DNA of 63,963 nucleotides, filler included, from Conidiobolus incongruus B7586 (GCA_000697335.1; 10 parts of 10 records of this genome joined end to end with filler, not necessarily neighbours in it), one strand, 5' to 3'; counted from the whole stretch's first letter, positions 12,499-26,096 are shown. The notes: generated from the letters alone by a model not told the origin. Translations and numbers: made by a program.

Positions 12499-13095
12499 TT
12501 ACAAAGCTAAGGCGGCTAAGACCAAGGCGGTGAAAGCAGAGGGAACAATGGTGTATCCGTTGGAGCCGGCGGGAGCGGAGGTGGAACCGGGAGCTTTGCT
12601 GGAAGAGGGAGAAGTGGGCTTAGCAGATCCAGAAGTGGCAGATTTGTCAGCGGAAGAAGAATCGTTGGTCTTGCTAGCGGAAGCATCCTTGGATTTATCG
12701 GTAGCAGTTTCCTTATTAGCAGAGGAAGTAGCAGAAGGCTTTTCGTCCTTGGTGGCGGACTTGGTGGGTTCCTTTTGATCATCCTTAGTGGGGGTAGGCT
12801 TTTGAGCTTCAGTGGTGGGGGCAACGGTAGTGGGCTTTTGAGCAGCGAGCTTGTTGTAACAGCCAACTAAACAACGGTAGTAGGCATTGAGATCAGAAGG
12901 GGAACAATTGTCTTTGGCACAGCTAGTGAAAGCAGCAACTTGTTCTTGAGTATACTTGTTCATTTGGAAACATCCTCCAATACAGATGGAATCACCAGCT
13001 TTGCAGTTTTGCTTAACAAGACATTCAGAGGGATCAGCAGATTGGGCAGCAATAGCAGATAAGAGAGTAGCAGCGGTCAATAATTTGAATTGCAT
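12499..13095 (-). CDS. GPI-anchored cell-surface protein: 8-Cys domain + Ser/Thr/Lys-rich stalk (paralog 3)
   Basis: Signal peptide; C-x5-C-x6-C-x3-C-x16-C-x4-C-x10-C-x3-C; S/T-rich stalk; omega-like GSNG followed by hydrophobic tail; strongly biased codons suggest high expression. Confidence 0.9.
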   Translation of the reverse strand: MQFKLLTAATLLSAIAAQSADPSECLVKQNCKAGDSICIGGCFQMNKYTQEQVAAFTSCAKDNCSPSDLNAYYRCLVGCYNKLAAQKPTTVAPTTEAQKPTPTKDDQKEPTKSATKDEKPSATSSANKETATDKSKDASASKTNDSSSADKSATSGSAKPTSPSSSKAPGSTSAPAGSNGYTIVPSAFTALVLAALAL

Positions 13096-15654
13096 GATGA
13101 TTAAACTAAATAAATTAAAAGATACAAAATTGCTTTGTTGAATGATGATGTGTGCTCAGTGATCTATTTATATGTTTTTTATTTTAGATTGACATATTTT
13201 GTTATCCCCAAACTTGATTATTAAAATGTATCCAAAAGATTGAAAATTGGAAATTTAGTTTGAGTAACCTCACTCAACGGCATAAAATTAAACAGGTTCA
13301 ACATGGTGAATAATATGTGGTTTGATTCATTTCAAGGATGAATAGGAATACTTGACTTTAACAATCTACATATCATACTATCCAATTTTAATTTAAATTC
13401 AACTTTACCTCAGTTCTTATAAAACATTGATTATTTATATCTAGTCCCATCTCTCATTATGTAACTATCATTGAGTTATTCATATTTTGATACAATTCTC
13501 AAATCTTTGTGTTATTAATTTATGACAAGTCATATTCGATAGTTGTATAACGTGAGAGGACTATTTTTGATCAAATTAAGAATTACGCCAATTATATGAA
13601 AAATAAATTGACTTAAGGAATAAAGTACCTATATTAAATCCCAACCTAGTTTGGTCATATGGATTCAATTTGGATATATGCCGATTTGAAACGTCCAAAT
13701 TTTAAGATACTAATTTTAACTATATACAATTTTTGACAATGTTCAGATAAATTACTTGAAAAATACTGCGGGTGCAAAATAAGGTTAATATTAGTTGGGT
13801 AAATTTATATGGATTTGTTAACACTCAAAAACGTTTTTATTAATATTTTGAAACAACTGGCACAACATATACCAATATGATTGATAAAAGTAATTTATTA
13901 ATCCCATTTTATGAATGTCCTTTTAATTATTGTTAAAGAAATCAAAATATTTCAAATAATAGTAATATATTCATATTATTTTTATTTTAATCATCATATG
14001 AAATGCTCAAAACTGATTTTTATCAATTTACTGAATCACTCCACAAACTATTAAGATTTTGATTTTTTTTGAATATTATCCATTTTAAAAACATATAATA
14101 AAAACTTGTATATGTTTTATTGAAATTTTTAGGTAATAGTTCAAAATTGTGATGATAAAAGCTGAGGTAAACCAACAGAATTAGTAGATTTTGATAGATA
14201 TATTCAAGATAGAATTCAATATATTTTGCCAAATATTAGAAATTTATAATTAATAATATATGATATTACACTCAATTATAGCTATTATCACAAATAGAAT
14301 CATTAATCTACCAGTGAAATTGAACATGGATAATTTTTCAATTAGTTCCTAAATAATCACTTGATTAGTTTATTATAATACAGTGAAATAGAAATAAAAA
14401 ACATTTGACATTTAGTTAAAGTATATATAGTTATATTTTTGTAAAATAACTGCTACATGTCTGAAAATAATGCTGAAATTACAGATTTAAAAGTTTATCA
14501 GTTCATGATATAATATTACTTAAATTTGCTTTATCATTTGATTTCGTACATATTGCATACAATTTGTTCATTTTCTTATCACGAGTTATAGAAAATTTTC
14601 AGATTTCATTATTCAGTATTAATATCCTATGTAATATATGCTTAAATTAAAAATTATTAATATTATAAGATATTCATTAATTAACAAATTCAAATGTAAA
14701 ATATTCTCAATAGTTTTTGGATTTTATTCATTTAATCCATGTTATTTTAGAATTTACTGTATTGAAACTCAATAAAATGGTGATTCCATTTAATCTTAAA
14801 CTAATTAATATATTTTACACATAGATTGATTGAATTACTCCTTCTATAACCGAAATGACTAAACGGACTAATATAAGAAACTAAGGTTGAAAATACTAAT
14901 ATTGCTAATACTCTAATGTTGAATACAGTTAATAGAACTAAATTTCATATAAATTAGGGGTGAATATTAAATTATCGTTGTTGAATATGATTTGCCTCAA
15001 TACATAATACCAATACAATATATCTCTTATAATTATTATATAAGTTTATCTTGGATGGGAATTGGATAATTTCTTATGTGAGAATTTGGTAATTTAATAT
15101 GGAGTATTACTTGAATTGATTAATTTTTTATAATTTGATAAATAAGCATAATAAAACAATTACATTTAATCAGGAGTAATTCTTAAATTTAAAATGGTAT
15201 TTAAAATTCTGCAATTACTGAACAATTGATGGAATAGGCTGAAAAGATCTTATTTAATCAATATTCGTATATAAAAACTGCAAATATCTCATCACCACTT
15301 TACTATTTGGTGATTATTATACGAACTGAATTTTTCAGTTCCAAGATTTTTTTTAAATAATAATTTACTCTAACGACTTCTCATTCGAGTATTATTGATC
15401 CATATAAATAATCGAAAGTTGATAGAGTATGAGAAATATCAAAGATTGTTTTATTCAATATTTCAAATTAAACTAATTGTATAATAAGAGATAAAGTATT
15501 AAATAATGTTTATCATCATTGTATTATAATTTCATTTCCTAATAAAATAATTCAATTTAAAATTGGTTCTACTAGAATAGAAATTAGGTAATAGTGATAT
15601 TTTAAAATCAAATAAAATTATTAATATATGAAATATAAACATTATTACACAATA

Positions 15655-16560
15655 TAAAATTAATACTCCTTTAATATTTTAACTGTTTAATATACTTTTA
15701 ATAACTTTGTAATACTTAAAAAATAACATTTTTATTAAAGAATAAAATTTAATACTTAATAAACTAAATTAAGTTTTTATAGGTTTTTTTTGTCAATATA
15801 ATTTTTAATTAGCCAAAATATTTATAATTACATGAACTATAGCCTAATGATATACTAGATATGGTAACTTATTATAATTTTTTTAAATAAAAAAAACTTT
15901 TATAAGTTTAATTTTATATATTTTATAAATATAATATAAAAAAATTAATTTTTTTAATATATAATAAGAACACCAATTATAAATTATTTTATATCAAAAA
16001 AAATTAATATAAAATTTATTATTAATTAATTTACTTATAAAAATAAATAAATTAAAAAATCATTTATATATTTTAATTAATATTCATTTATAAACAAAAT
16101 ATTTGTTTATTAAAACTAATAAATAAGATTATTTAACTTAATATTTTATATTAGTTTTTAATAAAGGATTATAAAATAGAATTTAAGATTTATTAATTAA
16201 AATGACAAAATATAAAAATCTGTAATTTTAATTGTATTTAAATAGGTTTTATTAGGTTATTACTATTATAGATTTTTAAGCTTTTATGAAATTTTAAAGT
16301 ATTTGTTTTATATTTTAATTAATTAATTTAAGTTTAAATTATAATATATTTAATATTATATTATATTAATTTATTTTATCAAATCTAATAATCAATTATA
16401 ATTTTAAATAAAGCATTATTTTTATAAGTTGTTCACAAGTTTTAAATTATTTTAAAAGGTTTATAATTTAATTTTAATAATATTAAAATCAAAAAACTTT
16501 TGAAAATTTATTATTTAATTAAAATATAAATAAATTTAAAGTTATATTTTTAGATAAAAA
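15655..16560 (-). mobile_element. heavily eroded mariner relic with internal deletion
   Basis: Colinear similarity by eye to both the 3' part (15660-16200) and the 5' part (16400-16510) of the transposase at 61801-62835; extremely AT-rich. Ends approximate. Confidence 0.55.
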
Positions 16561-16608
16561 TATTTATTAAAAAGTTAGAAAAGAATATTAAAATATAATT
16601 TAATAACC

Positions 16609-16708
16609 NNNNNNNNNNNNNNNNNNNNNNNNNNNNNNNNNNNNNNNNNNNNTTAATTAATTAANNNNNNNNNNNNNNNNNNNNNNNNNNNNNNNNNNNN
16701 NNNNNNNN
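16609..16708. other. artificial scaffold linker (44 N + TTAATTAATTAA + 44 N); also at 28707, 34762, 40995, 45774, 50829, 55707, 61568, 62840
   Basis: Nine identical 100-nt spacers whose 12-mer places stop codons in all six frames. Confidence 0.97.
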
Positions 16709-16911
16709 AAAGTAATTTACCCAGTGATAAATTGTTGATTTAGATAATGCTTCATTACCAAAAGCTGCTTGTAAATTTTGAATAATTTTAGAGGGTTTAT
16801 GGTTAAGTTTTACTGATACTAAAATAAAAGACTTTTGATGATCACTATTTGGTTTAAGCATGATTAAATTAAACAACCAATTTTAAAAAGTTAATTTTTT
16901 AATCAAAAAAA

Positions 16912-16948
<37 letters not shown>

Positions 16949-17054
16949 TATATAATTTCCTATTAACTTTGTATATATTTATTCATTTCAAACTAATAAT
17001 ATGTTTGAAAAATCGGAAATTAAAAAATTTCCCATTATTTCAAATTCAAGGTAA
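16709..17054 (-). mobile_element. mariner 5' end (least-mutated copy), truncated by gap
   Basis: TA + TIR TTACCTTGAATTTGAAATAATGGGAAATTTTT, then open HTH-type N-terminus MLKPNSDHQKSFILVSVKLNHKPSKIIQNLQAAFGNEALSKSTIYHWVNYF. Confidence 0.9.
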
Positions 17055-17091
17055 TATTTACTTCATCAATTACTGAATAGAAGTAAAAGAT

Positions 17092-17461
17092 TGTCAGCTT
17101 GATTTGCTATTTGCGCCCGTAATTGTGGGAGGAAATAGACTTTTAGAGCTTAAACAGGGAATCGCCAGTGGTCAACAATAGATTACCACAAAATTCTGGG
17201 AAATTAAGGGGGTTCACCAATTTAAATGAAAGTAGCTTACTGCGAATAAAGTAAATATCTCACACTCGTCACGACTCAATACTTTTGTGAGTGTTACGAG
17301 AAAAACTTATAGACTGTATACTTTTGAAATGAAGATAGAAAAATGTGCTTATTAAGTGACAGGTTCAACCAGTTCATGGAATGAGGTACTTCCAATGTGA
17401 CTTCTTGAATCAGTGTGGTAATTGGAGTATCTTGAGTGATGAACAAGATTATTCCCTGTCA
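17092..17461 (+). mobile_element. solo LTR-like repeat, family A copy 1
   Basis: TGTCA...TGTCA ends; clearly homologous to 44613-45049 and (inverted) 60127-60561, e.g. GGGAATCGCCAGTGG and CCAATGTGACTTCT; about 70-nt internal deletion; no clear TSD. Strand is relative only. Confidence 0.75.
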
Positions 17462-19915
17462 TTATTTATTATACATTATTATACTTTATTCTTAAAAAAT
17501 AATTTTTTATCTATATTCATTCTTTAATGTATAAAATTAGCAATTATTAACTTGAATAGAATTAAAAGTTTAATAATTTAATATTAACAATTCATAATAT
17601 TTAATAATTGAATGAATAATTTATTTATTTTAATTGATATATATATATATAAGTTTTTAATTCTAATTATGTATTTAATTTATTAATAATATTATGATAA
17701 TATAAAATGATATCTACCAATAAACTCAATTAGCTATAGGATGTGGTAAAATAGGATAATTATCATAAACCTTTAATTTTTCAATTATAAAAGGTATTTT
17801 TATATATTTGTCAATACCAATACTCTTGAAGATTTTTTTATCAATCAATCTATATATACTGAGATTAGATTTTCTAATATAAACTTAGGCAATATAGTGA
17901 GCAATAATAAAATAATAATTTTAATCAATCTCTCTATACTATTTATTTTAATTAAAATGTTTAAAATATTCAGGAAGTATTAAAATTTAACACTAAATAA
18001 CATTAGTGATTTTATTTACTTGAATTTATAAAATTTTTGATTCGATTTAATCAAATAGAATTCAGAGTTATCCAATCTTATATAAATTTATCCAGTATAA
18101 ATTATTTCTATATATAAAGTCATAAATAAAAAAAGCTTTAATATTCTAAGTTATTTAATTATACAATAAATATTAGAAGTAATCAAATAAGAATTAAATT
18201 TTTATATCATAATTGGATCAAGTTGAAAAAGGACATTTATTACTTTAAACTGCTCATATATAAAGTATTATATTAGATAATAAATTTTCAATATAATTTT
18301 GAATTTTTATACTCCAAGAATTTATATATTATGGGTATAAAATTAATATGTATAGTTTTAATTATATAACTTAAAAAAAGACTATTGTATTATATTCTAA
18401 GATTGATATAAAAATCAAATTATATATTAAATAAAAAAAATTATATTTATATCAGATATATATTTTAATTCCCAAATTTCCCACATTTAATATTGTAGTT
18501 AAATTTGAAAAAAATATATTTTCAGATTTAATATTAAGGATACATTAATCAAAAACTAAGTGAATTAAATATTGATAAATACTATAATTGATTTTAAAAA
18601 TTATATATTTTTGAATTTTATTTAAAATATTGGAATATATTATAATTTTTAATATATCAGAAAAGTTAAATAAATTAGATTTATCATTTTATAAAAACTT
18701 ATAATATAAATATATATTTTATATCTGATCTCCAAATACTTTGATTATACAAATTGCTAAATATGATAAATAAATTAATAAATAGGACTTGATTAAAATA
18801 TTTTTGGTATTATAAAAAAATTAGTTTGGATGAGTTATAAAAATCATCACCCATTTTAAAAAAGTTATTTTTGAATAATTAACTTACTAAAGTTACAATA
18901 ATAAAAAACTAATTCAAATATTTTGTTTGATTTAAATAATTTTGTTTGATACCCCTATTATATTAAAATTCCAAAAAATATATCTATTTATTATAACTGA
19001 TAAATTATCAAATATAATATATTATTTTGAATATAACCTATCAAGTTTATATTGTACATTATTTCATATATTTTAAATACTTGAAAACTACATATTGACC
19101 TAAAAAATTATTATGAATATTTAATCAAATGATGGATAAATAACTTAGTAAAATAATATTCTGATATAATTAAAAAAATTTCAGACTTTATTTCTGATAA
19201 ATCTTAAATATTAAAAGTTTATATGGATATTAATAAATGATAAAATTTTTCGAATGAATATATAATCATTAAAATGAAATATAATTTGCTAAAATAATTA
19301 ATATTGTATACAATATTGTACTTATCATATTTGTAAAAACAAAATTACAATGTTAATTATAATTATTCTATAAATATTAATAAAATAATTTAGCATTTTA
19401 TATATATTTAAGAAATTGGTAAACTGATTTTAAATACAATTATACTAATCACCTTTTTAAGATATAAAAAATAATATATATTCATTATAACAGAATTTCC
19501 TTTAGTTTTATTATAATATGAATTTTGCATACTTAATGCAAATCCATTGATATTCAAGATAAAAACATTATTATATTTGTAATAACCTCCATATTTCATT
19601 TGGTTTTTTATAGTGATTTCGGTAATAATAGAAATATTATAATTAATTCAATTGGTCTAGATATCAAGACTAATAATTTCCATAATTTCTTGGTGGAGAA
19701 GATTTATATCACTAAATATTATTTAATTTATTTAATTACCTTATTAATGATTAATATTATAAGGAAATACTCTGGAGGAAATTATAACAATTATAGAGAA
19801 AATTATAATCTTTGTTATTATCTTGATATCTAACTATTCAAATTTCTAACTTCAACTTTTAATATTATATTATTTTTATTCAATATATTCATAGAGTCAT
19901 GTAATTCTGAAGTTA

Positions 19916-21221
19916 TTATCTTAAATTTAAAATAATAGGAAATTTTATAATTTCTGATTTTTCAAAAATACTATTAGTTTAAATGAATAGATATATATAA
20001 AATAAATAAGAGATTATATATTTTTAAAATATATATATATAATAATTTTTTTGATTAAAAAATTAACTTTTTGAAATAGCTTATTTAATTTAATTATATT
20101 TAAACCAAATAATAATCACCAAAAGTTTTTTATTTTAATATTAATAAAACATAACTATAAATCCTTTAAAATTATTTAAAATTTACAATTAGCTTTTAAT
20201 AATGAAGTATTATTTAAATCAACAATTTATCACTAAGTAAACTATTTCAAGATTAAAAGAGAAACTATTTAAAACTTGTTAAAATTTAAAAAATTAATTT
20301 CAACTATTACTTTTTCAATTTTTAATAAAATAAAAAAATATATTAAAAAGCACCTTTTTATTTTATTTAAAGAATTATTTAGGTACTTTAATATTAATTT
20401 TACAAATATTTTATATATATTAAAATTTAAACTCAAATTAATAAATAAAAATATAAAATAGATATTTTATAATTTAATTAAAGCTTAAAAAAAACTAGAG
20501 TAATTATTGCTAAATAAAACTTACTAAAATATTACTAGAAGCTTAAACTTATAGAGTAAATAATTATAATTGATGAATCTTAAATTTTTATATATAATCT
20601 TTTACTAAAACACAAATCAAAATGCTAGATTAAATTAAATTAACCTGTTTATAAATTCTTTGAAATAAGCATTTTGTTAATAAATGAATGTTAATTATTA
20701 TAATAGATTATAATAGTATATGTTATTCTTATTTAGTTTTTCAAGAAAAATCAATTAATAGTAAACTTTATATTGTTTTTTAAATATAATTATTTTTAAT
20801 TATTATTCTCAATATAATTTGAAAAAACCAGTTATTTTGCATAATAATTACAAAATATATAAATCTAAAGCTATAAAAAACTTTCTAATTAAAAATAACT
20901 GGAAAAAACTACTATATCTAATATACTCTTTAGATTATAATTTATGTAATTATTATTGCTTTAAGCAATTAAAAAACTAGCTTATAAGAAAGAAAATATC
21001 TATAAGAAAATTTAATTGGTTTGTAAAACATCAAATTTTAGTTTTTAATAAAAAGAATTGTTTTTTATATATTAGATCTTTATTAAAAATATAATAAAAA
21101 GTTATTAATAATAAAAGAAACTATTAAATTTATATTATATATTTATTTTTATATATTATATATTAAAATATTTATTTATTTTGAATCACAAAAAATTCCC
21201 ATTATTAAAAATATAGAGTAA
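19916..21221 (+). mobile_element. full-length (about 1.3 kb) mariner relic, transposase destroyed
   Basis: TA-flanked imperfect ~30-bp TIRs (..AATAATAGGAAATTTT / AAAAATTCCCATTATT..GTAA); colinear with 61668-62839; start codon ATG>ATA at 20096; many stops. Confidence 0.9.
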
Positions 21222-22689
21222 TAATATCCATATAAAATTTAAAATTTAAATATAATTAATTAATACCATAATTTAAGCAATTAATAATTGTGATATAAAC
21301 TAAAAAAATTATTTATATTAATTTGAATTATTAATACTGCTTTGATATTGATTTTAATAAAAATTACTATATATCTTTTAAATTCATTCATTATTTAATA
21401 ATTTAACATAATGATTCACATATTACTTGGCCAAATTTGGATTCAAACAAACTTCATATTAATGTTAATTTTAAATTTCCATTTAAGTAAAGAATATATT
21501 CACAATTGGAGTATAAATAATAAGCTTCTATTGGTATAAAAAGAATTATTTTCAATTGAAACTATATAGTTTATTAAATACCAACTTTAATAATATCTTA
21601 ATAACATTTATATATATTTTTATACTTGATCTAGTATAGTGACTTGAATGAATTTTCTCAAAAATTTAATTAAGATAATAGATAGCACTAATATACATAT
21701 TCCTTAATCTTTAATCCAGCATTATTTTTATATATCTATATTTTAGTTTTAAATACTTTTATTGAGATAAATCTATTTATATTCACTTATTTAAAATTTA
21801 ATTTTAAATTTTTAATTTATATCCAGATAAATCAAAAAATATATAAATATATTTAAAAAATCAATATGATAAAACTATTTTATTATAATTATTTTTAAAT
21901 TATATCTGAAGCTCTTAATTTGAAGTTTGATAAAAACCAAGTACTTAAATGTTTTATTAATATATCTTAAAAAATATTATATCGATTATATATTTTATGG
22001 CTTTTGTTTACTAAATATTAATAATTAAAAATACCTATAAAGATAATATATAGTTTGAATCAATTACAAGAATATATAAAATTATAAATACTAAAATAAA
22101 TATTTCTCAATTTTATTGAAATTATATTATTGATAATATATATTATTTTACAATAATCAATATAAATTATAATATCAAATATTAACAAATTTTTACTAAT
22201 TCCATTATATAATTGATGTTTTGGTATTAATTAAAAAAAATAAATAAAAACTGAGGGTATTTTCTTTTTTTGAATGTATTTTTATCAAGTTAAAATTAAA
22301 ATATATAAATAATATAAGCTAAACAAGATAAATTCAATGACAAGTGAGGACTATTTCAAATTAACTATTATCCTTATATATTATACAGATATTATATAGA
22401 ATATATTTAATTTAGAAATTCTACAAAAGTTATTTTTAAAAAAAATCAAATATTTTATAATATTAAATGATATATTTTTAATAATAAGATGAAAATAAAA
22501 TTGTGAATAATAAGCAATAGATAATTTTCATAATTATGAAATCATAATCCTGGTTTAAATTATTTATATAAAATTGGGAGTTTATTATTTGAATTATTAA
22601 TTTAGTTTTAATACTATATTTTTATAATATAAATGTGAGTATAACTAATTAAAATACCATTCAATCAAACCAATAATTATAAATATATA

Positions 22690-23583
22690 TTAATCATGCT
22701 TCCAAGATCCCAAGAAATGATGAAGGTCAATAATAAACGTATCCGAATCAGTTTCATTCCCACATGAGTGTGGCATAGTAAGTGCGTAGCCCTTGACATT
22801 CAAGATACAGACATCATTAAACTTGTAAGACTTGCCACATTTCATATACTCAACAATATCGATACCAGTAGTAACAGAGACATAATCTCTTATAGAATCT
22901 GACCAAATACCAGGCCCAGATACTTCCATAACATCCTGGTCGTGGAGATTCTTGCCTCTCGCGAGATAGTAATCAATTTGCCTTACTACTCTATCTACAG
23001 CAAGTTTCATCATAGGATGCTTAGGTGCAGCATAAAATGACCATTGACAAATTTGTAGGGTTCTTGGCAATCTTCCAATGTACCAGTTTCCACGATCTCT
23101 TACGTCACCTTCGATACCTACGATGACACCACATTGGCTCAGGCGTTTCATTGAGTCATGAAATTCCGAAGCGATTTCAATATCCGAGTCAGCATAGAGC
23201 CCTCCTTCGTGATAGATAATTGAGTAACGGAAGAGGTCATAAGCGAGAATGGCTCTCTGTTCGAAAACCTTATCAAAATCAATCTGAGGATAGTGCTCTT
23301 CTAAATGCTTCCTAACTTGATCATCATTCATAAAATTATATTTCCAACCGGGAACATTTTTCCACATATCCATGAGTTTATGAATTTTCTTCTCAACTTT
23401 GGCAGGCGCAGTTTGCCATATTTGTTGTTTAATTCCAACAAATTTATCTTTAGAAATATTCATACTTAAAGCTTGTTTATGTTTTGCAAAGTATACTAAG
23501 TTAAATATAATTAATCCAGCAAAGAAAAATATCATTAAAAATTTTAACATATTGAATTGTAATTTGTTTTCTTTGTATATCAT
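22690..23583 (-). CDS. GT32 alpha-1,6-mannosyltransferase, OCH1/HOC1-like, type II membrane
   Basis: N-terminal TM, IWQT, DLFRY..IYHEGGLYADSD (DxD), GIEGD, QICQWSF.AAPKHP, VMEVSGPGIWSD, HHFLGSWK. Confidence 0.92.
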   Translation of the reverse strand: MIYKENKLQFNMLKFLMIFFFAGLIIFNLVYFAKHKQALSMNISKDKFVGIKQQIWQTAPAKVEKKIHKLMDMWKNVPGWKYNFMNDDQVRKHLEEHYPQIDFDKVFEQRAILAYDLFRYSIIYHEGGLYADSDIEIASEFHDSMKRLSQCGVIVGIEGDVRDRGNWYIGRLPRTLQICQWSFYAAPKHPMMKLAVDRVVRQIDYYLARGKNLHDQDVMEVSGPGIWSDSIRDYVSVTTGIDIVEYMKCGKSYKFNDVCILNVKGYALTMPHSCGNETDSDTFIIDLHHFLGSWKHD

Positions 23584-25039
23584 TAAATAATTTCTTTTAT
23601 AATTTGGTAATAGTTAATACTCTTTTTTTCAAAACAAAAATGATATCTTTAAGTATCTATTTATATTCCCAAGGATCTATTATGCAAAATAGTTTTAGGA
23701 AAAGAAATCATGGAATATGAAATGAAAAAAAAATAAAAATCATGCCAATTAGAATTTCTTTTCTAAATTTATATATTTAATATTAATGCCAATAATGATT
23801 AGTTATTATTTCTTAAATTCATGCAAATTTTGGTAAATTTTAATATCCAATCAACTGAAAATTGATCGTCAATCAATAATAATGGTGGTATAAGTGATTA
23901 AACAAATGGAAATATTATAATAAGAGAAATATAACATTAAAAAAATTTAATATGATGAACACATCTAAGGTTTACAATATGTAAATTAAGTGACTGTATT
24001 ATTTTATCATAGATATTAAGCAAATAGTTAAAACATATTTTAATAAGTTTATCCATAAACATTTTAGATTTTAATGATTTTCATATTCAGAACGAAGGTA
24101 AAATATTCAATAAACAACTATACAATATCATTTAAAAATTTGATTTTATCACGGTTAAATTATTAATAAAGTATAATAATGAGCTTGTTTTTATGTTAAT
24201 ATTTTAATCTAATAATTAAATTGTATAAATACTTCGAAAAAGCAAAAAGAAAAATCCCAATTACAATACCAATATATAGATGCTTAATCTTACACTAATT
24301 AATATTTGGATTTAATTTAAGCATATGAGAATTTTAAATATATTCATTTATATAAGATTTTTATGATAAAGTATTTTTGATAAATATAATCATTATTATC
24401 TAAATAATCATTTCAGTAATTAGATCAATTGTTAAATTTAAATATTGTGAAAAAGATAAGTAATTATATACCTTAAATTTTAAACATGATCATACACTTT
24501 GCATTAGTTTAAGATATCAAAAAATCTGATAATTTAAAGTGTAATGACAATAATTGATTTATCAAATTTTAGAATTAGCATAAAATTAATATACTTAACC
24601 AAAACTTATATATGGATTGTATTCAACTTCAATTATGATAAATATTACCATTTAAAAAGGTTATTATAACTTGATATAAATTTCATCAATTCTATATAAA
24701 AATAATTGAATTTTATATGAATTTTATTAGTTCAAAAATGTGATTCATAAATTAATTTCATTTCTTAAAATAATGCCAATTTGATAGTTATATTTGAATT
24801 AAATAATAATTTATTTTTGATTATTTTTGTATTAATGATAACTTATTTTATAAATTTACTTTTAAAATGAAAAAGGGTGTATTATAAATATTAGGAGATC
24901 AGAAATATTTAATTTTGAAAAATACAAAAGGTAATAAGAATTGAAATTTTTAATATATTTCCTTTAAAATAACCATTATATATATATATATATATATTAA
25001 ATTTCGGGATATATCTAAACTCATATTATGGATATTTCC

Positions 25040-25845
25040 AATAATCTGTTATATATTCAATCTATAGGACTATTAATCCGTCAAATGCTAATATATTAAA
25101 GTTTGGTTTGTACAATACTCAATTGAATAGTGATTAAATTATATACAATTAATATCACCAAATTCATCATAAAGATATAATGTCAAATGGCATCTATCTA
25201 TATTCCAGAGCCAGTTACTTCCGTGATATCTCCATTTTTGAGGTTTATTTCATGCGAATTGTAATAAAGTTGTATTGACACTCTATCTATAACAAATTAC
25301 ATTTGATGATGCTTTGGCGCTGAGTAGAATGATGATTAATACAGTTGTAGGCTTATGGAGAATGATCCAATATAATATTTGCCACGATCTCTAAGATTCG
25401 CTTCAACTCCTCAATGAAGTCTCAATGGCTTACGTATTGTCAAGAGTCTCCGAATTCGGAAGTTTTCAATGTCTGGGGCAGCATATAGACCATATTCATT
25501 ATCGATAGTAGATTATGGGAGTAAATCTTAAGCCATAATTCGACGCAGTTCAAAAACTTTGTCGAGATTAATCTTAGAGCAGTGTTCTTTCAAACACTGC
25601 TTTATATTACATTCGGACTTGTAGCCATACTTCTAGTCAGAAACTCCCTTTCAGTTATCCATAAGCGTGAAAGCCATTTCTAATACCTTATATGATGAGG
25701 TTTGCTGTATATGCTTCTTAATTTCATACTTCTCGGTTGGTTGACTGAACTCTGTATGCTCCTCTTTTATGTACTTTGAATAATATATAAAGTGGAAATT
25801 TTCGAACTAGGTAAAAATAGTAAAAAATATGAATTTTATTAATAT
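25040..25845 (-). pseudogene. pseudogene paralog of the adjacent GT32 gene
   Basis: Minus-strand translation EIKKHIQQT..TLMDN*KGVSD*KY..LKEHCSKINLDKVFELRRIMA*DLLP*STIDNEYGLYAAPDIE and DITEVTGSGI*IDAI* aligns to GIKQQIWQT..KLMDMWKNVPGWKY..LEEHYPQIDFDKVFEQRAILAYDLFRYSIIYHEGGLYADSDIE and DVMEVSGPGIWSDSIR. Ends approximate. Confidence 0.85.
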
Positions 25846-26096
25846 TCTATTGTTTTTTAACCATATAATTAAACTTATTTTAGCTAGTATTTTGAATATT
25901 ATTTTCCTAGAAAATTTAATTCAAGTCTTTATTTCATCAGTCAATTGCTTGTTATTTATTTATTATTAGTGTTTGACTTTAATTTTATGCACTTAATGCA
26001 ATCGATAATTAACTCTTCCATATTATAATGCGTAGTTATATTACTTATCAAATATATAAATTGCATAGATAAGCAAATTTTGACGATTAATAACAT

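Noticed and set aside
12470..13141. ORFs 12470-12778(+), 12516-12866(-), 12956-13141(+)
   Set aside because: Shadows of the codon-biased GPI protein gene.
16653..16664. TTAATTAATTAA recurring nine times, resembling a regular repeat or array
   Set aside because: Always centred in exactly 44+44 N; it is a synthetic six-frame-stop linker.
20276..20461. Short K/I/F/N-rich ORFs in AT deserts (also 14023, 19408, 19600, 25956, 30113, 36248, 36792, 54019)
   Set aside because: Composition reflects AT richness; 20276 is a fragment of the mutated mariner and 25956 starts in an AT microsatellite.
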